This document shows, piece after piece, positions 1 through 7,437 of a stretch of 15,702 nucleotides of DNA. This DNA comes from Elusimicrobiota bacterium (GTDB lineage: Bacteria > Elusimicrobiota > Elusimicrobia > UBA1565), in contig JBDRPD010000058.1 in NCBI GenBank assembly GCA_043827405.1, positions 1-15,702 on the forward strand. Direction: 5' to 3'. The position numbers and the translations under genes are program-made. Positions within the stretch are counted from its first letter, which is position 1; each line of letters opens with the position of its first letter. The notes under the pieces are model-generated. The model was not told the origin of the DNA. It saw only the letters and a program-made list of their open reading frames with translations, and did not search any database.

Positions 1-1
1 C

Positions 2-1099
2 TACATCACGGGGCTGGTCGCCGGCGCCTTCATTCTCGCCTCGCTGGAGCGGGTCTTCGACGTCAAGGCGGTCAAGCCGACCTACCGCTTATCGCTGCTG
101 GTCGCCCTGGCCTGCCTGCTGGTGGCGCCGCTGCCGCTGAATATCCACCTGGGCCGCCCGGAACGGGCCTTCGAGATTTTCTTCACGCCCAACCCATCCT
201 CGGCCATGGCCATGTTCGGCTTCGTCTATATCTGGTACCTGATGGCCGTCCTGCTGATGGAGATATGGCTTGACTACCGCCGGGAGATCGTCGAGTGGTC
301 GCAAACCGAGAAGTTCGCGCCCAAGCGGCTGTTCTATAAGGTGCTGACCTTCGGCGTCACCAACATCTCGCCGAAATCGCTCGCGATCGACGACAAGCTC
401 GGCAAGGTCATTACCGTCATCGGCCTGCCCTCGGCCATACTGCTCCACGGCTACGTGGGCTTCATCTTCGGCTCCATCAAGGCCAACCCTTGGTGGTCAA
501 CGCCGCTGATGCCGATCATTTTCCTGTTCTCGGCCATGGCCTCCGGCATCGCCGGCGTCATGCTGGTCTATATGTTCCTGTGCTGGTACCGCAAAGAGAA
601 TATCGACATGCTGTGCCTCGACACCATCAGCAAGTACCTGCTGACGGCGATCGTCGTGGCCTTCTCGCTCGAGATGCTGGAAACCCTGCAGACGGCCTAT
701 GAGGCCGAGGAGCATTTCGACATCATCAGCCTTCTCATCGAAGGCAAGCTCTTCTTCAGCATGGTCTTCGTGCAAATCCTGCTCGGCTCGGTAACCAGCA
801 TTATCCTGCTGGGCATCACCCGGATTTTCGAAATCCCGGCCAATATCCGCAGGATAATGTACGCCGCGACGGGCGTGCTGACTTTGGTCGGCATTCTGGC
901 CATGCGCTGGAACGTGGTGATCGGCGGACAGTTCTTCTCCAAGAGCCTGCTCGGCTTCACCACCTACAAGATGGAGCTCGCGGGCCGGGAAGGCCTGCTC
1001 AGCGCCATAGTGGTCTGCATCCTGCCCTTCCTGATCCTGATCGCGCTGCTCTACCTGCTGCCGCCGTGGGAGAAGGCGCCGAAAAAGAAGACTACTTAG
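2..1099 (+). CDS. NrfD/PsrC-family polysulfide-reductase-type integral membrane subunit (5' truncated by window edge)
   Basis: The frame is open from base 2 (YITGLVAGAFILASLERVF...) into ORF 122..1099. NrfD motifs HLGRPER, SSAMA-FG, LHGYVGFIF, NPWWSTP..P..FLFSA and RWNVVIGGQ are present, with many hydrophobic helices. Confidence 0.9.
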   Translation, partial: YITGLVAGAFILASLERVFDVKAVKPTYRLSLLVALACLLVAPLPLNIHLGRPERAFEIFFTPNPSSAMAMFGFVYIWYLMAVLLMEIWLDYRREIVEWSQTEKFAPKRLFYKVLTFGVTNISPKSLAIDDKLGKVITVIGLPSAILLHGYVGFIFGSIKANPWWSTPLMPIIFLFSAMASGIAGVMLVYMFLCWYRKENIDMLCLDTISKYLLTAIVVAFSLEMLETLQTAYEAEEHFDIISLLIEGKLFFSMVFVQILLGSVTSIILLGITRIFEIPANIRRIMYAATGVLTLVGILAMRWNVVIGGQFFSKSLLGFTTYKMELAGREGLLSAIVVCILPFLILIALLYLLPPWEKAPKKKTT

Positions 1100-1826
1100 G
1101 GGGGAACTGCTTGCGCTCCAGCCGGTCGAGGTAGCGGCCCAGCGCCCGCACGTCCGCGTCGGAAAGGTTCTCATCGAGCTGGAAGCCGTGCCGCCTCTCC
1201 TCCATGGTCCGCAAATTCTTTTTCAGAACCTCCAGCTCCGCCGCGGAAAATGATTTCTCATCGACCCGGATAACGCGGATCGGCTCGCGCATGCGCCGCC
1301 GCGGGGGCTGCCCGGTCCCTTCCCCGCCGCGCAGGTCGACGGTCCCGGTATCCTCCGGGGAGGGCGGCGCGGCGGCCGCGGTTACCGTGAAGATGCCCTC
1401 GCCGGTCCTGCCGTGGCATGGCCCGCAGGCCTTCAGGTACACCTCCTCCCCGCGCTCAAGCGGCGCCGCTGCCGCCGCCGAAACGGGACCGCTGGAGAGC
1501 CTTCTTATATAGGAAACGATGTCGCGCGCCGCCGCGGTGGAGACCGCATGCTCGTTGCGGTAGCCGGGAAAGCGCGTCATGCCCTGGGTGATGATGCCGA
1601 CGAGCTGGTCGTCCGGCATGGCCTGGATGCGGGGGGCGGTAAAATCGCGATTGCGCTTGAGCGGCCCGTCTTCGCGCCCGATGCCCGCCCGCCCGCGTCC
1701 GTCACGGCCGTGGCAGGCGGCGCAGGTGGCATCGAACAGCGCCTGGCCCCGGGCCGTCCCGCTCGATTCGGCGCCGGCGGAAACCGACAACAGCACAGTG
1801 ATTGCGACGGCCGCGGATATCCTCAT
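1092..1826 (-). CDS. Exported diheme c-type cytochrome
   Basis: Signal peptide MRISAAVAITVLLSVSAGA. Two CxxCH motifs in class I context: RGQALFDATCAACHG and RGEEVYLKACGPCHG. C-terminal helix LSDADVRALGRYL. The stop overlaps the NrfD-like stop by 8 nt (convergent). Confidence 0.88.
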   Translation of the reverse strand: MRISAAVAITVLLSVSAGAESSGTARGQALFDATCAACHGRDGRGRAGIGREDGPLKRNRDFTAPRIQAMPDDQLVGIITQGMTRFPGYRNEHAVSTAAARDIVSYIRRLSSGPVSAAAAAPLERGEEVYLKACGPCHGRTGEGIFTVTAAAAPPSPEDTGTVDLRGGEGTGQPPRRRMREPIRVIRVDEKSFSAAELEVLKKNLRTMEERRHGFQLDENLSDADVRALGRYLDRLERKQFPPK

Positions 1827-1843
1827 GCGCTATCCCAGCCCAT

Positions 1844-1872
1844 AGGATATGCCGATTGTCCGCCGCGCGCAA
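1844..1872 (-). promoter_or_regulatory. Candidate sigma70 promoter for the cytochrome c gene
   Basis: Minus strand TTGCGC (1872-1867), 17 nt spacer, TATCCT (1849-1844), ending 17 nt before ATG 1826. Confidence 0.45.
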
Positions 1873-1891
1873 GCCGCCGCCTGTCCCGCTG

Positions 1892-2218
1892 CTACAGTCC
1901 TTCGAGGACTCGCCGCGCCTTCGTCTCGCCGAGATGGCGCCGCGGCCTCGGCAGGACAAGCAGGTCGCAGTGCAGCGCGTCAAACACGCGCCGCCAGGTA
2001 TTGAGCCGGGCGTTGATCCGGCCGGACTCGAGCCGCTGCAGCTGCTGCTGCGGCATCCCGGCGCGTTCGGCCAATTCCGTTTGGGAGAGGCCGAGTTTCG
2101 TTCGCGCGGCCAGCATGAACTCCGCGGGGGGCGTCCGGCACATGCGTTTCGGCGCCGCTTTCATAAAGACGGCCGCCTCATTGAGCGCCTGCAGAGTTCT
2201 GACCGGCCTTGCGCGCAA
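1892..2218 (-). CDS. XRE/Cro-C1 family helix-turn-helix transcriptional regulator
   Basis: ARTKLGLSQTELAERAGMPQQQLQRLESGRINARLNTWRRVFDAL is a typical HTH_3 pattern. The TTG start has AGGAGG 7 nt upstream. Confidence 0.85.
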   Translation of the reverse strand: MRARPVRTLQALNEAAVFMKAAPKRMCRTPPAEFMLAARTKLGLSQTELAERAGMPQQQLQRLESGRINARLNTWRRVFDALHCDLLVLPRPRRHLGETKARRVLEGL

Positions 2219-2350
2219 GCCGCAGCCTCCTGCGCGCGTGCCGCCGCCTCATGCGCGGCTCAAGCCCATCCTGAGCCTTATTTGAACTCGCGCTTAGGTT
2301 GGGCGGAACTTCATCGCGCATCATATCCGCAGATGACAAGATCGGGGGAC

Positions 2351-2842
2351 ATGATGATGATCGAAAAAGCGACGAAGAGCGTGATTCTGGCGGCGGCGAT
2401 CGTGGCCTTCCTAACCTATCAGGCCGCGGCGAATGATTCCGTTTTCGACGTGGCGCCGCCGGCGCTGGAGCTCGCGCCGCCGCCGCTGACGCTGACCGCG
2501 CGCGCCCCGGTGCCGGCCCAGTGCCATGCTCTCGGGGAAATAACCGAGAGCCTTGAGACCTCCATCATCGACAGCAAGGCCCGCTACTGGGCCTACCGCG
2601 CGCACCGCGGCCGCACCCGCGGCCTGATCTCCAACCCCGGCTCGGAGATCCGCAGCGGCGTGCTGCGGCGCCAGTTCTACGACCTATTCAACTACCACTA
2701 CGCGAATACCGGGATGCGCGGCCTCAGCAGCTCGGAAGAGAACACCTTGAAGTCGGTGATGGAGCGCATGCTGCGCATGCGCAACGTCTGCGGCGACGGC
2801 GCGCCGGAACTGCGGCGCACCATCCGCCAGATGTTCGGATAA
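2351..2842 (+). CDS. Hypothetical secreted protein
   Basis: C-terminal part of ORF 1802..2842. ATG 2351 follows GGGGGA. Signal-peptide-like MMMIEKATKSVILAAAIVAFLTYQAAA, GC3-rich codons, two Cys. No recognised domain. The start could be 2351, 2354 or 2357. Confidence 0.7.
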   Translation: MMMIEKATKSVILAAAIVAFLTYQAAANDSVFDVAPPALELAPPPLTLTARAPVPAQCHALGEITESLETSIIDSKARYWAYRAHRGRTRGLISNPGSEIRSGVLRRQFYDLFNYHYANTGMRGLSSSEENTLKSVMERMLRMRNVCGDGAPELRRTIRQMFG

Positions 2843-2853
2843 CCGGAGGGAGC

Positions 2854-3231
2854 ATGACCAATAGAAAACGGATTCTGATCGTTGACGACGAAGCGACCAT
2901 CCGCCGGGTGCTGTCGCGGCTGCTCGCCGGCTCCGGCCACGAGATCATGACGGCCGAAGACGGGCGCGAGGCGCTCGAGATGATCCAGCAGCGTCCGCCG
3001 GACCTGGTGCTGCTCGACATCAATATGCCGCGGCTCGGCGGCATGCGGCTGCTGGAGCTGGTCAAGAAAATCCGACCCGGTCTGCCGGTGATCATGGTAA
3101 CGGGGGTCGATGATCCGGACCAGGCTCTCGCCACCATGAGCCTCGGGGCTGAAGACTACGTCACCAAGCCCTTCGACTTCGACTACATCGACACCGCAAT
3201 CAAGGCCAACCTGGCCGCACGCTGCGTCTAG
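2854..3231 (+). CDS. Single-domain response regulator receiver (CheY-like)
   Basis: RILIVDDE, DLVLLDINMP (phospho-Asp), VIMVTG, DYVTKPF. RBS GGAGG upstream. Confidence 0.93.
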   Translation: MTNRKRILIVDDEATIRRVLSRLLAGSGHEIMTAEDGREALEMIQQRPPDLVLLDINMPRLGGMRLLELVKKIRPGLPVIMVTGVDDPDQALATMSLGAEDYVTKPFDFDYIDTAIKANLAARCV

Positions 3232-3235
3232 CGAG

Positions 3236-4585
3236 TCACTTCCTGGGCTTGGTGATTTTGTATTCCTTCAGCTTGCGCCACAGGGTATTGCGGCCGATGC
3301 CGAGGCGCTTGGCGGTTTCGACCTGGTTGCCGCCGCAGATCTCGAGCGCCTTGACGATATGCTCGCGCTCGATCTCGCTGAGGCGCTGCAGCCCGCGCGC
3401 CTCGGCCGCCGCGGGCTGGGTCTCCGGCGGCAAATCCTCGACGCCGATCTCGTCTTCCGACGACATGATGACCGCGCGTTCGACCGCGTGCTCGAGCTCG
3501 CGGACATTGCCCGCCCAGACATGCGCGCGCAGCAGCTTGGCGGCGTGGGGGGAGAAGCGCAGCGCCTCCCGGCCGTGCCGGCCGCAGGCGATCTTCAGGA
3601 AGTGCTCGGCCAGAGGCAGGATGTCTTCCGGACGCTCGCGCAGCGGCGGGATCACGATGGGGAAGACGTTGAGGCGGTAGTACAGGTCATCGCGGAACGC
3701 GTTCTCATCCATCGCCTTCTTGAGGTCGCGGTTGGTGGCGGTGACGATGCGCGCGTTGACCTTGATATTGCGGTTCTCGCCGACGCGGCGAATCTCGCCC
3801 GACTGCAGCGCCCGCAGAAGCTTGACCTGCAGCGCCGGCGACATCTCGCCGATCTCGTCGAGAAACAGGGTCCCGTCCTTGGCCTCTTCGAACAAGCCGC
3901 GCTTGTTTACCACCGCGCCGGTAAACGAGCCCCGGGCATGCCCGAACAGCTCGCTTTCCAGCAGCCCCTCGGGCAGGGCGCCGCAGTTGACGGCGACGAA
4001 GGAGTTGCTGCGCCGGCCGCTGGCGGAGTGGATGGCCCGGGCGATGAGCTCCTTGCCGGTGCCGGACTCGCCTTCGATGAGCACCGAGGCGTCGGTCGCC
4101 GCGACCTTGCGCACGAGCTCCAGGACGCGGTGAAAGGCGGGGCTCACATAGACGATATTCTCGAAGCTGAACTTGCCGCGCACCTGAGCGCGCAGGTGTT
4201 CGACTTCGCGCAGCAGCCGGTTGCGCTCCAGCGCCTTATGCACCGCGATGCCCAGCGACTCGGGCTCCACCGGCTTGGTCAGATAGTCGAAGGCGCCGGC
4301 CTTCATCGCGCGCACGGCCGAATCCACCGTGCCGTGGCCCGTGATCACGATCACCTGGGCCTCGGGGCGGCGGCGCTGGGACTCCTCCAGGACTTTGAAG
4401 CCGTCGACACCCGGCATCTTGAGGTCGGTGATGACGAGGTCGAAGCTCGACTTCGCCAGCTCCTGGAGCGCTTCCTCGCCGCCCGCGACGGCCGTGACCT
4501 GGACGCCCAGGCGCTTGAGCTCCAGGTTGAGAACCGTCCGCAGCGAGGTGTCGTCTTCGGCAAAAAGCACTTTCGGCGCAGTCAT
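3236..4585 (-). CDS. Sigma54-dependent response regulator (NtrC/AtoC/ZraR family bEBP): REC + AAA+ + Fis HTH
   Basis: Receiver (AEDD, VITDLKMP, KP), Walker A GESGTGKE, ESELFGH, GSFTGA loop, Walker B LFLDEIG, DLYYRLNV, WAGNVRELE, C-terminal HTH TAKRLGIGRNTLWRKL. The start overlaps the kinase stop (ATGA). Confidence 0.96.
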   Translation of the reverse strand: MTAPKVLFAEDDTSLRTVLNLELKRLGVQVTAVAGGEEALQELAKSSFDLVITDLKMPGVDGFKVLEESQRRRPEAQVIVITGHGTVDSAVRAMKAGAFDYLTKPVEPESLGIAVHKALERNRLLREVEHLRAQVRGKFSFENIVYVSPAFHRVLELVRKVAATDASVLIEGESGTGKELIARAIHSASGRRSNSFVAVNCGALPEGLLESELFGHARGSFTGAVVNKRGLFEEAKDGTLFLDEIGEMSPALQVKLLRALQSGEIRRVGENRNIKVNARIVTATNRDLKKAMDENAFRDDLYYRLNVFPIVIPPLRERPEDILPLAEHFLKIACGRHGREALRFSPHAAKLLRAHVWAGNVRELEHAVERAVIMSSEDEIGVEDLPPETQPAAAEARGLQRLSEIEREHIVKALEICGGNQVETAKRLGIGRNTLWRKLKEYKITKPRK

Positions 4586-6222
4586 GCACCCTCCTGTTCG
4601 GCGGGCAGCGTAATCTGGATAACGCAGCCGCCTTCCGGCCCGTCCTCGATGCGGATGCGTCCGCCATGCGACGACACGATGCGTTCGGCCACGGCCAGCC
4701 CGAGCCCGGTGCCCTTCTCCTTCGTCGTGTGAAAAGGCTGAAACACCTTGGCGCGCTCCTCCGGCGGGATGCCGGGGCCGGTATCGGCCACGCGCAGCAC
4801 CGCCTTGCCGGCCTGCACCCGGGTGCTGATGGTCAGCGTCCCTTCGCCGCCCATGGCCTGGATCGCGTTGAGGAGCACGTTCCAGACCACCTGCCGTATC
4901 TGGTCGGCGTCGAAGCGAAACGCCCGCAGCTCCTTATCGAGCTCCAGCAGGATTTCGACGTCGCCCAGCGCCTCCGGCGCCGAGCGCACCATGCTCAGCG
5001 TCTCGTCGATGGCCCGGTTGAGGTCGCCGACCTCCAGGTTCTGCTCGCGCGGCCGGGCATACTGCAGAAACTGGGTCAGCGTGTCGTTGAGGCGCTTGCT
5101 CTCCTCGCGGATCACCTGCAGCAGCGTGTTCTTATCCTCGGCGGGCAGGTCGGCGCGCGAGATCGAGCTGGCGGCGGCGACGATCGAGCCGAGCGGATTG
5201 CGGATCTCATGCGCCACGACCGCCGCCATGGAGCCGACCGCGGCCAGCGATTCGTACTGCGCCAGACGGCGCTGCAGTTCCTCCTGATCGGCCAGGTCGA
5301 CCGCGTTGGAAACGAAACCGATGATGTCGTCCGCCTCGTTGCGCACCGCGGTGATCGAGATCAGGACCGGGACCTCCTCGCCGTCCTTGGTGCGGTTGAC
5401 GATGCGTCCCCGCCAGAAGCCCTGGGCCGGATCGAGGATGTCGTGCCACAGCCGCTTGTAGAGGCTCTCGGGTGTGCGGGGGGAACGGATAATGCGGGGC
5501 GTGCGGCCGACCGCCTCCTCGCGGGTATAGCCGAAGCGCCGCACGAAAGCGTCGTTGACATCAAGGACCACGCCGTGCTGATCGGTATAGAACATGAAGT
5601 CGTTGGACTTGAGGAAGGCCTGGTAAAAGGCGAGCGCCCGCCGCTCATGCTGGTTCTGCTCGGCGAGGTCGCGGCCGATGCAAAGGACGAGCTCACGGCC
5701 GCCGATGATGACCGGGTCGATGCGCAGCTCGGTATCCACCGTGCTGCCGTCCTTGCGGCTCAGCGGCGTGATCGTGGAGTCCGCGCCGCCCGCGCCGACC
5801 AAGCGGCGCAGCTCGGCGATGTCCTTCTCGCTCGCCACCAAGGCGAAAAAATCCTTGCCGAGCAATTCCCGGCGCTCGCGGCCAAGCAGGCGGCAGGCCG
5901 AGGGGTTCACGTCCACCAGCAACCCCGACTCCGGTTCATAAAGCAGGATCATATCCGCCGCCGAATCGAACAGGCGCCGGTACTTCATCTCGTTTTCCCG
6001 CAGACGGACGAACATCGGGTTGATCAGGAACAGGTAAACGGCCGCTCCGGAAGCGACGCAGGCGACCGCGGCCGCGGCGGAAAGCTGCGCCGCCCAAGCG
6101 AAATGTTCCTGGGCGCCGGCGGCATGCAGGGTAAGGAACGCCGTACCGGCGACCAGCGCCGTCACCCCCGCGAGAACCAGCACCAAGTATCCGATTTGCC
6201 GACGGTTTGTCATCACCGGCAT
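4582..6222 (-). CDS. Membrane-anchored PAS-PAS sensor histidine kinase (NtrB-like)
   Basis: Two N-terminal TM helices, two PAS/PAC domains, H-box VAHEIRNPLG, N-box NVLLNAIQAM, DTGPGI, FQPFHTTK, GTGLGL. The likely start is ATG 6222 or 6213; the ORF extension to 6369 runs through the AT-rich promoter. Confidence 0.93.
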   Translation of the reverse strand: MPVMTNRRQIGYLVLVLAGVTALVAGTAFLTLHAAGAQEHFAWAAQLSAAAAVACVASGAAVYLFLINPMFVRLRENEMKYRRLFDSAADMILLYEPESGLLVDVNPSACRLLGRERRELLGKDFFALVASEKDIAELRRLVGAGGADSTITPLSRKDGSTVDTELRIDPVIIGGRELVLCIGRDLAEQNQHERRALAFYQAFLKSNDFMFYTDQHGVVLDVNDAFVRRFGYTREEAVGRTPRIIRSPRTPESLYKRLWHDILDPAQGFWRGRIVNRTKDGEEVPVLISITAVRNEADDIIGFVSNAVDLADQEELQRRLAQYESLAAVGSMAAVVAHEIRNPLGSIVAAASSISRADLPAEDKNTLLQVIREESKRLNDTLTQFLQYARPREQNLEVGDLNRAIDETLSMVRSAPEALGDVEILLELDKELRAFRFDADQIRQVVWNVLLNAIQAMGGEGTLTISTRVQAGKAVLRVADTGPGIPPEERAKVFQPFHTTKEKGTGLGLAVAERIVSSHGGRIRIEDGPEGGCVIQITLPAEQEGA

Positions 6223-6232
6223 ATTAACATTT

Positions 6233-6270
6233 TGCACTAGATTGGAACATTGATGAACCATATCGGCACA
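6233..6270. promoter_or_regulatory. Two tandem 17-bp NtrC-like pseudo-palindromic boxes (candidate bEBP binding sites)
   Basis: TGCACTAGATTGGAACA (6233-6249) matches the NtrC site TGCACCAWWWTGGTGCA at 13/17. TGAACCATATCGGCACA (6254-6270) is a similar box. The centres are 21 bp apart. Confidence 0.55.
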
Positions 6271-6281
6271 AATTATATATA

Positions 6282-6298
6282 CTGGCGATATTGTTGCT
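6282..6298 (+). promoter_or_regulatory. Sigma54 (-24/-12) promoter for the downstream operon
   Basis: CTGGCGATATTGTTGCT has GG (6284-5), N10, GC (6296-7), fitting YTGGCACNNNNNTTGCW. It lies in the AT-rich spacer divergent from the bEBP operon; predicted TSS about 6309. Confidence 0.75.
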
Positions 6299-6339
6299 AT
6301 TATGTAATATATTGCCTTGTCCTGGCACACATTTTTACC

Positions 6340-7437
6340 ATGAATAACCCCAGTCTCGGCCTGAAGCAAAAGTCACAAAACTATCAGCTTCTGCAGGGCC
6401 GCCTCACGGCGGCCAAATGGATCAGCATGCGGGAGCCGGAAGTAGGCAGGGAGATCGCCGAGCTTGAGAAAGACTCGATGTTCCAGGATCTCCTGTACGG
6501 CGCGCCGGGGCTCAATCCGATCGTCAAGCGCATGCGCTGGCCGGCCTCGAGCATCCATTCCGGATTCTATGAGCTCAACGACGGGATAGTCGCAGCCAGC
6601 GGAGAAAGCGACATCCAGGATATTCTGCACGCCAAGGAGGAGCTCATCGAGGTAATCCGCGGCATCGGCATCGAGGCGTTCGAGAAGTATTTCCTCTACG
6701 GAGAAGAGGGCCTGCCGCTGGCGCACGCCTGCCGGGAACTCGCGCTGTCCGAAGAGCAGGGCCGCGCGATCATGGACCTGGTGCTGAAGGTCGGGACGCG
6801 TTCCGAGTTCTTTCGCCCGACCCTTTCCGCCGAGACCTCGGGCATCCGCTACCACTGCATCGCATCGATCGAGAAGGACATCCGCGAGCCGGACAACCTG
6901 TTTTTTCGCTTTCTCTCGCCGCACTGGGCGCGCGGGAAGTACGTCATCGCCTACGAGCGTCTGGAGGAATGGAAAAGCGAACGCGCCGGCGACACGGCGC
7001 AGCGGCGCCGCCTGCGCAAGCTGCTCAAGCGCGTCGAGCTCCTGAATATGCGCCAGGACACGCTCTTTCAAATCCTGTCGCGCGCGACCAATGCGCAGTC
7101 CTCGTTTCTGCGCAGCCGGATGAAAGCGCGGCGGCGTCCGCTAAGCCTGCGCGAGCTCGCCCGCCGCATCGGCGTCGCGCCGAGCACGGTCAGCCGCTCC
7201 ATCGCCAACCGCTCGGTCGAGCTCCCGTGGAGCGAGGAAGTGCCGATCAAAGAGCTGCTTTCCGGCCAGCGCGTGGTGGTGCTGTCGATTCTGCAGGACT
7301 GGCACGACGCCGGCGGCCTCGGCAAAGGCGTGACCGACGAAATGCTCATGCGCCGCCTGGCGGAGGAAACCGGGATCAACGTATCGCGGCGCACCATAAA
7401 CGACTGCCGGCGAAAGCTGCCGCACTCCGGGCCGTGA
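6340..7437 (+). CDS. Divergent, shortened sigma54 (RpoN)-like factor, 365 aa
   Basis: Region I-like Q/L-rich N-terminus (LGLKQKSQNYQLLQG...ISMREPEVGREI), RQDTL..I...Q..F segment, HTH RPLSLRELARRIGVAPSTVSRSIANR, TDEML...GINVSRRTINDCR (canonical ARRTVAKYR). ATG 6340 is preferred over 6250. Confidence 0.82.
   Translation: MNNPSLGLKQKSQNYQLLQGRLTAAKWISMREPEVGREIAELEKDSMFQDLLYGAPGLNPIVKRMRWPASSIHSGFYELNDGIVAASGESDIQDILHAKEELIEVIRGIGIEAFEKYFLYGEEGLPLAHACRELALSEEQGRAIMDLVLKVGTRSEFFRPTLSAETSGIRYHCIASIEKDIREPDNLFFRFLSPHWARGKYVIAYERLEEWKSERAGDTAQRRRLRKLLKRVELLNMRQDTLFQILSRATNAQSSFLRSRMKARRRPLSLRELARRIGVAPSTVSRSIANRSVELPWSEEVPIKELLSGQRVVVLSILQDWHDAGGLGKGVTDEMLMRRLAEETGINVSRRTINDCRRKLPHSGP

Larger units (their letters stand above)
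1821..2269. repeat. Imperfect direct repeats flanking the XRE gene (box A 1821-1843/2247-2269; box B 1865-1882/2211-2228)
   Basis: A: CCTCATGCGC-N6-AGCCCAT at both sites (18/23 identical). B: GCGCGCAAGCCGC(C/A)GCCT (17/18 identical). There is also a 12-bp palindrome CTTGCGCGCAAG at 2208-2219. Confidence 0.55.

Noticed and set aside
1802..2350. Upstream extension of ORF 1802..2842 and ORF 1413..2285
   Set aside because: They overlap the XRE and cytochrome genes on the opposite strand. The signal peptide and RBS indicate a start near 2351.
3359..6240. Long plus-strand ORFs 3359..4732 and 4666..6240
   Set aside because: Antisense shadows of the bEBP and kinase genes, typical of high-GC codon bias, with no motifs.
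6250..6263. Possible FNR box TTGATGAACCATAT
   Set aside because: Only the TTGAT half-site matches; the ATCAA half is absent.
6223..6369. N-terminal ORF extensions of the kinase (to 6369) and the sigma-like protein (from 6250)
   Set aside because: They cross the AT-rich divergent promoter, overlap each other and have atypical composition. Internal ATGs fit the domain starts.
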